The notes below the pieces were generated by a model. It did no database searches. It saw nothing but the letters and a program-made list of their open reading frames with translations, and was not told where the DNA came from. The translations under genes and the position numbers were made by a program. Shown here piece by piece: positions 40,575 to 53,769 of a DNA stretch of 64,000 nucleotides (its first letter is position 1; each line of letters begins with the position of its first letter). The stretch comes from Raillietiella orientalis (taxonomy: Eukaryota): contig JAYWIR010000004.1 of the NCBI GenBank assembly GCA_036172245.1, forward strand, positions 5,332,001-5,396,000, in the 5' to 3' direction.

Positions 40575-43500
40575 ACTGCACATGGTGTATGTCAGAAGCT
40601 GTACGATCTGAGCAAAACCCAATGGGAGGGGGTACTCTGACGATGATCGCCCAGCTACTTCGAAGGGAATGTATTTGCAATCGTCAGACATCTGGGAAGA
40701 TTGCACGTTCAAGGCGAAAATGCCGCCTCCACGGTAAGGATCCGAGGGGCGTCTCCTGGAGCGTACGAAGCAGATGCCATGAAGAGCTGCGTGCGATGTT
40801 CTGCGCATTTGCTGCACGCGTTGCGCACGTGTACACCGTACCGCCCCACGCGCTCCCTGGATGTTGAGCGTGTCCAGGCCGAGGTGTTTCGCAGTCCTCG
40901 TCGCCCCTTCTCGAAAGGGGAACATCATTGAGTGACTGAAGGCTCATGAAATCGAGTATCCTGCATAAGCGATGATTATTTCCTTTCGTCAAACGAACGA
41001 GAGCGGGAACGGAGAGCCGCTGCCAGGGGGCCCACTTTTGAGACGCAGTTGCCCATGGGGATGCGAAAGGGGGACGGCGCCCACAAAAATACAATCGAGC
41101 TGACCGCTTTCATGACGTTTTCTGCGTACTGGGCTAAAAAGATACACTGCTCTTCCAACACGAGCAAGCAGTGTTAAATTAACATGTACACCATGAAATG
41201 CCTAAAGAAAATCGAGAGGAACACGAAAATTTCCAAAAACTCTCCACAAACACACCGGCATCCATTGCACGGAGCTAGTTCTGAACTCCAAAGGCCTTTT
41301 CTTAAATTACTTATACATTCAGTAATTTGCCTAATACAGCTCATCATCTGTTTTGTTTTTTGCAGTCCGGATTTCCAGAACGTGGAGGAATTTCTTTGAA
41401 GGAGTTCAAAGAATTCATCAATCAAACGCAGCCAAACTGGCAGTTGCACTCACCTCAAACATTGTGAACAACGACATCTGAAAATACATCCATTCCAACA
41501 CAACACAGACCAGTCAGATATGATGACCTTTTTTTTTGAAACAGTTTCACGTACTCCACAGAAACACCTGAAGAGTGCGGACAATGTTCACGACTGTAAC
41601 TGCGTTGAACTATTCGGCCAACACGAGGATGGGGCAATTTTTGACAATGATGGCAAAGTAGAACATACTGCCAATTAAAACTAAAGTTTATTATTTTCTC
41701 ATTGTTTTTATGATGCATATATAATGAATGGTAAGGGGTGGTTGGGGATATTATTTTATATTTATTATATATAGTGGTGGATAAAGCCTATAGTATATGT
41801 ATCATGTAACAAACGTATACAATCAAATAGTAAATGGAACATATCTCATGAACTCTCGTCAATGAACTCCTAACAGGAGAGATTTATATTCATGAATACC
41901 ATTAGTGTATTGCATAGCAATACTTCAATACTCTACAATCCAACAGAGTTTTTGAAATAGTCAAGAATCTTAAACTGCCTGATTTAAACCTTCGGAAAAA
42001 ACTAGTTTGTAACTGCATTCTCTAAATATGAGAATAAATGATCTTAAAGGCGTTGTGTAAGCCATTATTCGGGTAGATCGTAGGTGTACACTACTTTGTG
42101 GCATACCACATATTCCAACACAAAAAAAATTGCATTGTGCTCATTCACCATGGCTTATATAAACATTTAAATTTGGCAAAAGGATTTAATGTCCATTTTT
42201 CTTCAGTAGAAGTAACCTTAGAGACCCCTACAAAACAGAATCGTGTATTAAACAATATCAGTGTTCACATAAGATTATATGAGTGTTTATGTTTACTATT
42301 AAGAAATGTAAAAAAAAATACAATGAAAAACTTTGACAGTTCAAATACTGTAAGCTAACTCAACAATGTCATCAAGTATGAAAAGATTTGATTTATCAGG
42401 CATTTATGCTCGAAAATGCCTGTAAACAATGGAGTATATCACACAAAGATATCCCTGAACCATGCAGTCCTAAATTAAGATAGTCACTAAGCACTGAATA
42501 CAAGTGGAATCTGCAAACGAATGTTCGGTGAACCCTATAATAAAAATAATGAAACCAGTTTCAAGTAAAGCATTCTGAATTACCTTTGTTCAAGGGTTTC
42601 CAGTTTTTACACTACCAGTTTCATATTGTGGATGGATACACAATTATTATGAGCTCATAGTATCCATCAAAAAACAAAACAAAAGTTGCACACCAATGGC
42701 AAAAGATGAAGCTAAAAGAACTTTTGGATGGGAAACACAGATTTCAACACAATTCAAGGATCTGATTTTACACGCAAACTTTTCAAGTCAGAGCAGAAAT
42801 GGTTAGATATATCTGCTTTTAATTAAGCCTCCTAAAAATGATGCCATTTTTCTGGTACTTGATGCTGCAAATATGAGGGCATATATGGCATACTACAAAC
42901 ATCAAGAAGGAATAATGACTTCTATTTTTCCACACCTATAATACCAAAAATTCCGCTAAAAAATATATCTACTTTAACACACAACAGTTTGCAGATTTAT
43001 ATCTACGACCTATCATTCTAAGTGGAGGTGATACACTTTAAGAAGCTGCATTTCGCAAAAATTACTACTAGGAGTAATCCTCCCTGCGGTCTTATTAGCA
43101 TTACAGTATTATATGGGTCATAAAAGCTTCTAATTAAGTAGATGGGCGGCTGGAACAGAATAGGGATTCATGTGCTTGGGGTCAGCTTGCTACTTTGACA
43201 AAAATTTCGTTTGAAAAAACCATTAGTTATAATTACAACGCTCGATACTCAATTTTATGCCAGCGAAATACCTCAGAAAACATCCGAACAGAATAGCAAC
43301 ATCGTGGAGAGCTCCCTTCACAATAAAATTTATGACTTCGAACACCTTTATGTGATCAAAATGGTAGTGGAGAACGTTGATCTGTCACGGACTATTGTTT
43401 TGGCAGGAATCCTGTTATCCGTTCACAAATATTTCGGGATGTAAAAACTGAATTTATGTGTCACACTTTATTATTGCAAATTAGCAATGCACTTTTTCAT

Positions 43501-46500
43501 AATGATTTAATTAATCACATTAAAAACAAAATTTTACAGTAAAAAAATTGAAAAGCTTGATGCGGACGATTGAAAACTTAGCCATTTATTTTTCCTTAGC
43601 TTTTTTTATTGCCTATCATCATTCACATCACTGACACTTACTGCAGAACACCACTTGCAGAGCCTTTTTTTTTTTTATTTTCCAATTTTCATGTCAGTCT
43701 TGTCAGTATTAAAATATTATTTCCGTCCATATTGAATTACTCCTATGAAATCTTCAAAAGCAGTAATTACATTCAAATAATATCAGAATTATTATCTGTG
43801 AATTATTCGAAGTTGGATTTTTTGTAAAATCAATTACAACATAATAGATCACTTCAGATCACTGCAGGTTGATGTATCCAAGAACTTCTAATTAATAGAA
43901 AATACGACAAGGGTTTGAATTCTGAAGTACTGATTCTAAATAAGTATAAGTATTTTCAAATTACTGTCAAATATTCATTTTTAACTTGTACCCACAAAAC
44001 TTCTTTTTCAGAATTAATGTATTCTTCCTCTGAGCTAATCACAGGAGAAACTACAAGGTAACAGAACTCTTTCCAGAAAATTACTTATGAAGTGAATTAT
44101 GATTCAGATTATACCGTCAATTCACATTTAAATGAAAACCCGGATTGAGTAAATAATGTCATTATGAACCAGCTCGAAATGTATATCGAGAGGTTATAAA
44201 GCTGCTATAAGGTGTTCATCCGATTAGACTTACAATTTCCTTTACATGAAATTAGCATTTAGTTTCAAGCTTAGGCTTCACTTTTTCAACTTTTCATTTG
44301 ACGTATTTTCTATAATAATGTCCTTGACTATCCATTAATCAATGAATAGACTTCATCCTGAAAGATATTTAAAATCTATGTGATACGCTTATCAGAAATA
44401 TCTCAAGCAGCGATCCTCATAACATGCTTGAAGTTTTTCTTGAAACAAATAAAGCTATATTGTATACATTACTATACGCAGAATATGACATTTTGATATC
44501 CGTAATTATTAATCCTTATCAATATAACATTCATGAATTCCTTTGGGCATTGAAATCTTTATTCAAATATCTCCTTCGTCTACTTCGATCTTTAGCTGTA
44601 TTTTGTGAAACAGTTTATAGCAAAGAATAGACAATCAGTACGCACAGGCATTTTTCAAAGTATCAATATTTTGATACCAATATTGCATGGCTTTCTTCCA
44701 TGCATGATACTTATAAATTCTCTTGATTTAAAAAGCAAATGCCTTCAAGTATGAAGAAACTATGAAAATCGTCTCGTTTTCTAAGCATTCTAAATGACTT
44801 CTCTCTTGTAATGTCTTCATTTATATTTCATTTGGATGAGCACCGTTCTTCTAAAATTTCGTTTGAATCATTATAATGTAATTCTCGATTTATTACTTAA
44901 AACCTAAGTTGCAAATTTGATGATAATTCCTTACTTCTTCATTTAAGAAATGTTTCCTTTATAACATAAATTACTCTTATATATAAGACTATTTCTTTGT
45001 AATCTGAACATGTTTTTTGTCGTTTAGTTTTAATGGACTATGGTAGTGGTTTGTTCAAACAAATTTAATTGCCTAGTACTAACCACACATAAGTCTGTTA
45101 TCCATCTTGATCACAGTGTAGTGAATGATTGTAATACAGTCTAAGAACATGAGGAGAGCATGTTTGTTAATTAATTGCACATATGCCTTCAAATGCTTTC
45201 AAAGGTTTTCAATTCAAAAATTTCAGTATTTACAAAACATTGAATCATCTTGTAAAGTATCAATGAAAAAGTTGCAATAATTTTAACATCAAGATGCTTT
45301 CAATCAATCAAACACGAAGATGTATAGATTGCAAGCTCACTCAAAAAATCATGTATATCTGTCTGCTTTACATTGCTGTTTTTAATTCGAATGTTCATTT
45401 CCAATGACATGTTTATAAAACCTCAACTTTTTTTGCTACTAGAAGATATGAGTTGCAAATTATTGAAAGCTATTGAAAGTTGCGTCTGTGAATCACAATT
45501 ACACAGAATTGTCATGGAAAGTAATCACTATAAAATATTCGTTAAATAAGAAAATTAACGATTTATTTTCGGAGAATCCAAGAATTTTCTGAAAAACATG
45601 ATACAGACTGAATGATATTTGATTAAAAGATACTATATTAAGTATTTTGTCTCAACTACTCTTCTCCTTTTAATGCACTGTTTTTGAAAATTCCATTTAG
45701 TTCGAGATTTGGATTTTTCACCAAACGAAGTCTCTCTCGTTTATTTATTATCATTATGCAATCCATGTCTCATTCTTGAACCCTATCTTTACTGGATTGC
45801 TTATTCAGAAGTTTCAAAGTGTTATAAACCATCTTGAGTAATGGAATTTTTCAAAACTTATTGGATACTAGCATTTGGTAACACAGCGCATCCTTTTGGT
45901 TACGAGATTTTGGCAATGTAGTGCGTCTTAGAGAGCTTATGTAGATCCTTTTGTTAGACGGTACTTAGAAATGACCTATAGTAACTTTTCAGTAATGTCA
46001 ACTTTCCAATATGTGTTATCATTTTCATATTATTTATTTCATTTTATTTCTCCAGAGTAAATGTAAAAACAGTTTGATTTTCAATTCTTCGTGAAGCACA
46101 TTGTAGTAAAGCACATTAGTTCAAAAATTAGTAGATCCATGAACATTCACTGCGAAGAATATTTCATATTTAACTTTCTAAACTAAGATATGAGAAACCG
46201 AAGTAGTAAAGCAAGCAAAAGAGGAGAATAAAGATATCGAAAAATCTGCTTGTTTATTTCATACGTTAATACCAATCATTGTCACTTAGGTTCCTATGCA
46301 GCTGTTTCTTAAGAATGGAAATTATAACTCGTATCAAGATACTATGATTGGCTATATTGCAGACAACACCGAATTATGACATTGAAAAAACTCAGATGCT
46401 TTTTATTTTTTAACAAATAAAATGAATTTGCAAAGGCAGCTTTATGAAATCCCGATTTCAAGAACGTTTTTTTGGAGCTGGATGTCAAATGTTTTCTTTC

Positions 46501-47380
46501 CAAAGTGGAATACAATCAGAAACGTTCCAGGAGTTTTGTTGTATTTACACCAAGAATCACATCTTTAGGCAGACGGAGAAATGATTTACTTGGTGTTTTT
46601 TGTAAACTTTTGGATGTAATCTCTAAAGGAATAGTTACGGATGCTGGTGGCGTATTATTCCTATGCTTACATAATCGATGATTCTGCAGGGCATTTACTT
46701 TATTCATAACAGTAAGGCCAGAAAAGAACTTCAGAGTTATAATTGAGACTCCATTTTGAAGACTTCGGAATAAGAGAATTTGAAACGAAATAATGCAAAT
46801 GATCCTAAAATTAAGATCCACTTCAGTATGTACTTATACGTTTTGGGAACCTCAGCTAGCTAATAATCTAATGATTAGCAAATAATCATTTCTCTTGTGT
46901 AGACTTAATTCCATCAATTTTCGAATTATTTTCTCTCCTTTTTTTCTCTTTCACGTGGAAGCACAAATTTATTATGAAACCTGAAGCTGATGTTTTGAAG
47001 AAATTACAATATGCATCGATTTCTTTATACAATGTACATTTGCTGATTTTGAGCCAGGCGTTGTGCTGTTGCTTAGAAAATGAGTGATCTGTATATGCAA
47101 TGCAACAAATTTCATTATAGGAACCATTAGGTCGTCAAATTGCATCCAAGATGCTAATACTCGTGGTCATTTGGCAACACTACTTTTACTTGTCCGACGA
47201 TGTATGGTAACTGTTTTTCTGAGCAACAGAGTGTAAAGATCTAAGCTTAAATGTTTCCTAATATGCGAAGCCGACGATCATCATATTTGATGTTGTGGAT
47301 GAACGTTATTTACGTACAGGAAGCAAAAAAACTTTCAGGATGTTAACGAGAAAATAACGCAGCAAACGTTAAAAACAACT

Positions 47381-48720
47381 ATGTCTACAGTGGTTAACTT
47401 TGTTTTTATAATGCTACTACTCAGGAGATGCCAAATTACACAAACAAAAAAGTAATAACTTTAGTTCATGACAGATACTCATTCTTTCAGCAGGTATCTT
47501 CTCTATGATGTAAACCCTGGAGAAGGATTCAACCTGAGAAGGGATGTGTATATACGAGTTGCCAATATGATGCATTTGTTGTTAAATTATGGCAACTGGA
47601 CTTTGGTAAAAAATCAATAATATACATTTATATAATTTTGAAATAGGTTTTACCTCCTTGGGGTCCTCTGTACCACTGGAATAGTGCAGAGTTAGGCATC
47701 CAGCAAAACCTATCTTGGTCCACTTTTTTCAATGTCACTGCTTTTAATGAATATGTACCTGTATTAGAGCTTGCACAATTCTTAAAAGGTACAAATCCTT
47801 TCAAAATAACTGACCATTGTTTTAGAGGCTAGTCCTATTGTGGAAACAATATACCACTTGGAACACTTTTCGGATGTTGGTAACAAACATTTGGAGGAAG
47901 GATATGAAGTGTTTAAATGTAGAGGACCTTTACCTTATTTGTGAGTATGTTTTTTCATAAAAGAACTGACCAGATGCTTAGAGTAGGAGATGATGGGATG
48001 TATGAAGGTTGGTTCTGGGGCTATGAAGAAATGCAGGCAAGAAATCTCATGTGTGTTCATTTGTTGGGAAGTGGAAGCACTCTTGTTCCCTTGATAAAAG
48101 ACTCTCTGGTTGTTTTGTTGGATAGAGCAGAAGTTTTACTACATGAATTTTATGGAAACCATCAATACTGGGATGCTAGGAGAAGCATGATTTTTGCTTC
48201 CCATCTGCTGCATGCAGCAGATGATTTTCTGTATGCACACAACTTACGAAAATCACCTCATGGTAGCTCAGGACAGAATTATCTCGCTGTCCACCTGCGT
48301 CGCCAAGACTTCCTATCAAGTCATTCACAGAAAGTACCTTCCATACCACATGCCAGTCGACAAATACTCAGTATGCTTCATAAACTCAATCTAACTACAG
48401 TCTATGTAGCTACTGATGGCACCGAAATGGAACTGCAGCAATTACGTCAGTTTCTTCCCAATCAAATCTCTGTACTACACTTCCAGCCCACACGAGAGCA
48501 GCTGAAGCAGCTAAAAGATGGTGGGCATGCCATTGTGGAACAGCTTTTGTGTGCCCATGCATATTATTTCATAGGCACTTATGAATCTACTTTTTCATTT
48601 CGAATTCATGAAGAAAGGGAATTGCTGGCCCAACCTGCAGATAGCACATTTAATCAGTTTTGTGGAAATGACCAGCAAACATGCAAGCAGCCCACCCACT
48701 GGAGATTAAAACATGATTAA
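47381..48720 (+). CDS. POFUT2: GDP-fucose protein O-fucosyltransferase 2, 5 exons, 393 aa
   Basis: Exons 47381-47451, 47491-47605, 47647-47788, 47826-47940 and 47982-48720 (1182 nt, phases consistent). Motifs: [98 protein letters not shown]-terminal signal-like stretch. Confidence 0.95.
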
Positions 48721-48740
48721 CAGTTAAGAGTGCACATTTA

Positions 48741-49682
48741 TTATGCAATACTACTAGCATTAGATGCAACTCGTGGCCACAAATCAGCACATTCTTTGGC
48801 AACTGGCCCAGTAATGGCTGATCCTTTCATTTCACCTTTGTTATTCACTATAACACCTGCATTATCCTCAAAATAAACAAACATGCCATCTTTTCTACGA
48901 ATAGGTTTCCGCTGCCTTATAACTACCGCAGGCATTACTGAAATATAAGTCTGAGCTCAAATACATGAAAACTAAACGTTACCTTTTTTTCTTAAGTCAG
49001 GCTTTCCCTTCTTAACAGTGGCAACAATCATATCCCCTACTGCGGCTGCAGGTAACCTATTTAATCGGCCTTTGATGCCATTCACGGCGATCACATATAA
49101 ATTTTTTGCTCCAGTGTTATCAGCACAATTGATTACCGCACCAACGGGTAACCCCAAAGATATGCGGAACTTGGCACCGGCGGTACCTCCCCTTCCTATG
49201 TGAAAAATTGCAATTATTCAAACGTCCTTCCTGATATGTATCACTGTTTCCTAATTCCTTATTTTAAACACACTGTTCATCACAAATGACAAATTAACAA
49301 CAAAAACTGGTATAAATTGTATACCAGTATAGATTGTATTGTATGTAAGTTCTGATAACTCACATATGAATTAAAAATCACGAACTCATGATTCAGAAAA
49401 TGCATCTTTACAGATGCTTATTAGGTTCGAGCATACTACAACGCACGTAACTACGTAAGTAAACTATGAATGGCTATGCACTACATGCTACAAAACCAAA
49501 CTCAAGTTCTACTTTGCTAAAGTGCTGTCATAGGGAAAAATCAGCAATGTAAACAATTACATCATCCACAGCGTAAACATAATATAAAGACCCGTAAATT
49601 CGAACCGGTGCAATCCAATTTTGAATGAATCTAAAGCATATAAAACCAAAATAAATCACAAACAATTACCTCGTTTGGACAT
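48741..49682 (-). CDS. RpL23: 60S ribosomal protein L23 (uL14), 3 coding exons, 140 aa
   Basis: Exons 49682-49670 (MSKRG), 49195-48983 and 48937-48741. Translation [38 protein letters not shown]...[32 protein letters not shown] has the canonical length. Confidence 0.98.
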
Positions 49683-50899
49683 CGGGTTTTGCAAATATGT
49701 TCACTATAACACACACGCCTGGGTGACCATCCTCATTTCCGTATCGTACGGATTGCCAAGTAAGTATCTATTAATTGTTGCATTTTCTATTACATAATCT
49801 TCAAAATTAGAGTTTACTCTTTTTTCGGTCAACAATGGAAACATTACAATCAGAATTATCTTGAAATTTCGAATAATTATAATAAACAAGAATTTATTGA
49901 AACAAGGATCATAGCTAAAAAATTAAATGCTGAGCTAAAACTAATCAGCCTATCAACATAAAATAGTATTCTCCATTTTAATTCTTCAAAGACCAATAAA
50001 GTTTCATAATATTAGCTAGATTCAATGTACTTCACAATTGAAAAAAACTACAACACAATTAACCATCTTCTAGGAAAAATTATGTGTTGATCATTATTAT
50101 AAGAATGCCATATTTTTTTAAAAAATGGTTGCTTTGAATTCTCCAAATTACTCTGGTTTTGTTTAGGAAACCTAAAAGTCAACCAATGACTCCTACAATA
50201 GAAATATCTAGTTTTCATTTTGATTTTTAACTTTCTGTTGCACAATAGTTGAAATACCTGGCTTTTCAGGAAAAATTTCACTCTAAGTCACAAATGAAAG
50301 TGAAAGAATTGCAAACTTTTCTGTCGCCATTGCAGGCTTTATTTAATAAGTTTTTAATGAATTTCTTCAATAGGTTTATCTATGCATCGACAGCCACAAA
50401 AAGTTTTCAATATTGCGTATAATATGAATCTAATAATAATGTGCCAAGGAATCTAAAAGTGCAAACACGTACACGCAAATACGCCTTCAGTAGTATACGT
50501 TTCTTTTAGAAAAACTTGACAGAAATATCACTTTCACATTCGAAATGCAAAATGGGTGCAAAAAGTGTTCTTACAATAAAAATTTCATCAAAAAAAATTC
50601 CCAAAATTTCGGAAAAAATGACTTATTACTTACTTATTCAATGATCAGGCTAAGAAAAGGCAGATATGGCGATATTTGCTTTAGAAAAGCCTTGCTTTAA
50701 AAACGAATCAGAGTCCAGAAGTTCATATATATCTCAGGAACAATACAATAAAGAAGAATAAAACATACTAATCTTATCATAGTAAAATTCAAATCTTAGT
50801 CGGTTTTCAATTATGCAAAAGATGGAAGTTAATAAGGATTTACAGAAATAAGTTTGAAAGTGTAGACTGCAACCGTCACAGTGAACTGAATGAATGTGA

Positions 50900-53400
50900 C
50901 GCTAATAAATGTTCCTTGGGTCACGTGGAGGAGAGGATGAAAGCTGTTGAAAATGAACGAAGGAGGCAGGATTTGGTAGTGCACAAGTACGTGACTAAGG
51001 TAAGGAAAATCAGACTGTCAGAGCTCTGCGAGAGTTCCAAACACAATGAAAATTTTTCCAGTATGTATTTCTAGGAAACATATGAAGTGTTTAGCGGGAA
51101 AAGTTCATTGAGCCATTTAATGTTTCATTGAAACATCTCATTGAATTTTATTGTTCAAGCTTGCGTTGTGCCTAAAACATCGCAAACAACGGTGGCAACT
51201 GATGATGACGGTGAAATTAACGCGCACCTTGTTTACGTCTGAATACGCAAATAATGTCTGGCGACGACCAATTATCGTTATCTACAGATTATTTTTTATG
51301 TTACAATCACTGTGCTTGTGTGTAATTGCAAAAGAAAAATAAGGGCCGTACGAATTGAGTAAATTCTTGCACAGCAAAAAGGCACACTTGAAACAAAATA
51401 GCTCAAGACTACATGCCTAGGACATGTAACTGCTCGTATGTGATGGTGAAAAGTTGGTAAAGTGATCAATACCAATGTTAAATTGGAAACTAAGTCCCCG
51501 ACGTTTGGATGAAAATTCGGAAAACGAATATCTTGAGGCTCAGCTCAGGACACAAAGGCTGAAAACCTCAAGCAACGGTCCGTGGCTGATGGAAAAAGTG
51601 TTTGACGGATGCAGGGTACAGAAGGAGGAACAACACACACAATGAAACTGGTTGATTCTCATGATGAAGTGGTGAAGTCCTACAAATTTATTGGCAGTGA
51701 AAGTCAAATAATAGGAAAGGCCTATCATCCGTTGAATAATGAGCTGCGGCTTATAATGAAATAAACCGAAATGAATCGGCCGTTCAGAAGGAAAGGAAGG
51801 AAAACAACGAAAGCGCTGAAAGATACACGGGTGGGAGCATCATCATGCATTCAAATGAGAAAAGTTTCGGAATTATACAAAAGACAATTCGCTATGCACG
51901 TTACAATACAATGACATCGAAAGCATTAAAACAAAGACACGAAGCTTAGCTTCTATTGCAGTAGGTGCAGAAAAATGTCTGGATACATTTCGAGGAGAAA
52001 AGAAAGGAGATAAATAGACACGTGCAAAGCGGGTAATTTGGATTGATGACTTCATAGGCATTTGTTGACCTGTATTTCTAGACAAATCAAATAGAGTAGT
52101 ATCATCTTCCGCAAAAGTTACAATTAATAATGGATTCAATGGCTTGACAGTCATTTTTGTACGAGACGCATGAAGATGGCTCAGGGGATCCAGCGCAATG
52201 AATGTTTCACACGTAACAGAAGTTCTGAGTGTCAAAAATATATGGGATACAAGAGAGTGTCTTTATGGAAAACATTAGTAACCTCCTAATCACTTTGTAT
52301 TCGCACGGTGTCCATATGAATGTCGAGTGCTTCAAGCAGGGAATATCAATGATCAGAGGGAGAGCTGTTGCTGACAACTGAAAACACGGTAGCAATCTCC
52401 AGGCCGAGATCAACAAAGGCGGAGGCAGATATGTAATGTGCTTGCTGATGGGATCGCAGCGGTTTAAGCCTCTTCGTGGAGTTTTACGAAAAGCACCGGG
52501 AATTTCCATTGCTTCAAACTTCCGACTACGGAGTCGCGAGCGGCGTCTCCATCATTTACTTCTTTTCCAACCTGGAGGCTGGAGACACTCCGTTCGACGC
52601 AGCCATGAGGAAGAAGTTCGCATCAATAGCTTCAGTTCACTGAGTGCATTCCCGGATGGCGGACCACAGGAACGAGGGAAAAGCCACATCACGCGTCGAA
52701 TTACGTGCAAGATCGAGCTGCTCCAAGGGGTGCATCCGATTTTCAGATTACAGATTGGTTCCGGCTCAGCCACGTGCCCCTGGTCAGGAGGATCGCTCAT
52801 CACAAGCGACATCGCGGTCGCGGAAGACGCCAAGCTCGGGATCGCACCCTGCCGACTGCGGTGGATGCTGGCCTGCCCGTGGCACTCCCTGCTGCACACC
52901 CTGGACACGTGACGCGCTGCTTCGCCGTCTGAAGGGAACAGCGGGAAGGACCTGGGAAGCGGGTTCTTGCGAGAAGCTCACGACTGGCATCAGCTCTCGT
53001 CTCCGTCCGCACCTGGTACTGCGCAAGGGCAGCAGGATGACCACGCTGCACTTTCCTTTGCTTGCCCTTTCGAGAGCGCCCTTGAAACGCGTCCTGAAGC
53101 GCTCGGGAAAGAAAGCGAACCAAATGCAAGGACCCCTCTGTGTCTCTTCTGTCAGCAGTGGATGTTCAGGTGGCTGTCGGAGCCCTGAATAAGGAATGCG
53201 AAGAGCTGGAGATCGCGCGGCTATCCCCTGACAGCGAACATAGCGCGACATCTATTGCATACTCACAGATTGGGCCATTCCTCCGATGAAGAAATCACCC
53301 GGAACATCGCGCACGAAGATACGGCACCAGCTGAGGTTGACGTGGACGAAGAATTTTCCGAAATGATACCATGACCTCATACGGGCAGAACAAAAAGATG
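50900..53400 (+). mobile_element. Possible highly decayed plus-strand LINE (ORF1 coil end and ORF2 zinc-finger end)
   Basis: EERMKAVENERRRQDLVVH (~50930-50985) resembles the L1 ORF1 motif LENRSRRNNLRI. ALETRPEAL...TPLCLFCQ (~53075-53155) resembles the ALPTxxxL...PxCxFC motif at the end of ORF2. Intervening sequence is not readable. Confidence 0.3.
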
Positions 53401-53769
53401 GACAGGGCGTGAAGATGGTGAGGATCATAAAATCTCGTCCCTTCTTTCTATGTAACTTTCTTCCCTTTTCCAACTAATTATTCGTTCCATTCTATCCACT
53501 CTTTCTTGCATCTTCTGGTTTACCATGTTAATTCAGAGTGGGTCTGAAGATCGTTAATGACCGACTCTGTGAGCATTCTGTTCAAATCATGATTTTTTTG
53601 TTGTCACAGCAGAAGCACCAAAGCAGTCTTTTCGTAGGATCAGAACTAGGAAGAGACAAATAATCCTGTGATTGGATGCAATTCCTCCATCAAGTTCTCT
53701 CAAGTTCCATAAAATGTTGGTCTTGGAAAGGCTGATGGGATCGAAATTTAACACTGAAACCTAACCATA

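Noticed and set aside
43500..47200. AT-rich region with faint coding-like texture
   Set aside because: Stops in all frames and no convincing motif. It may be an ancient TE but cannot be assigned.
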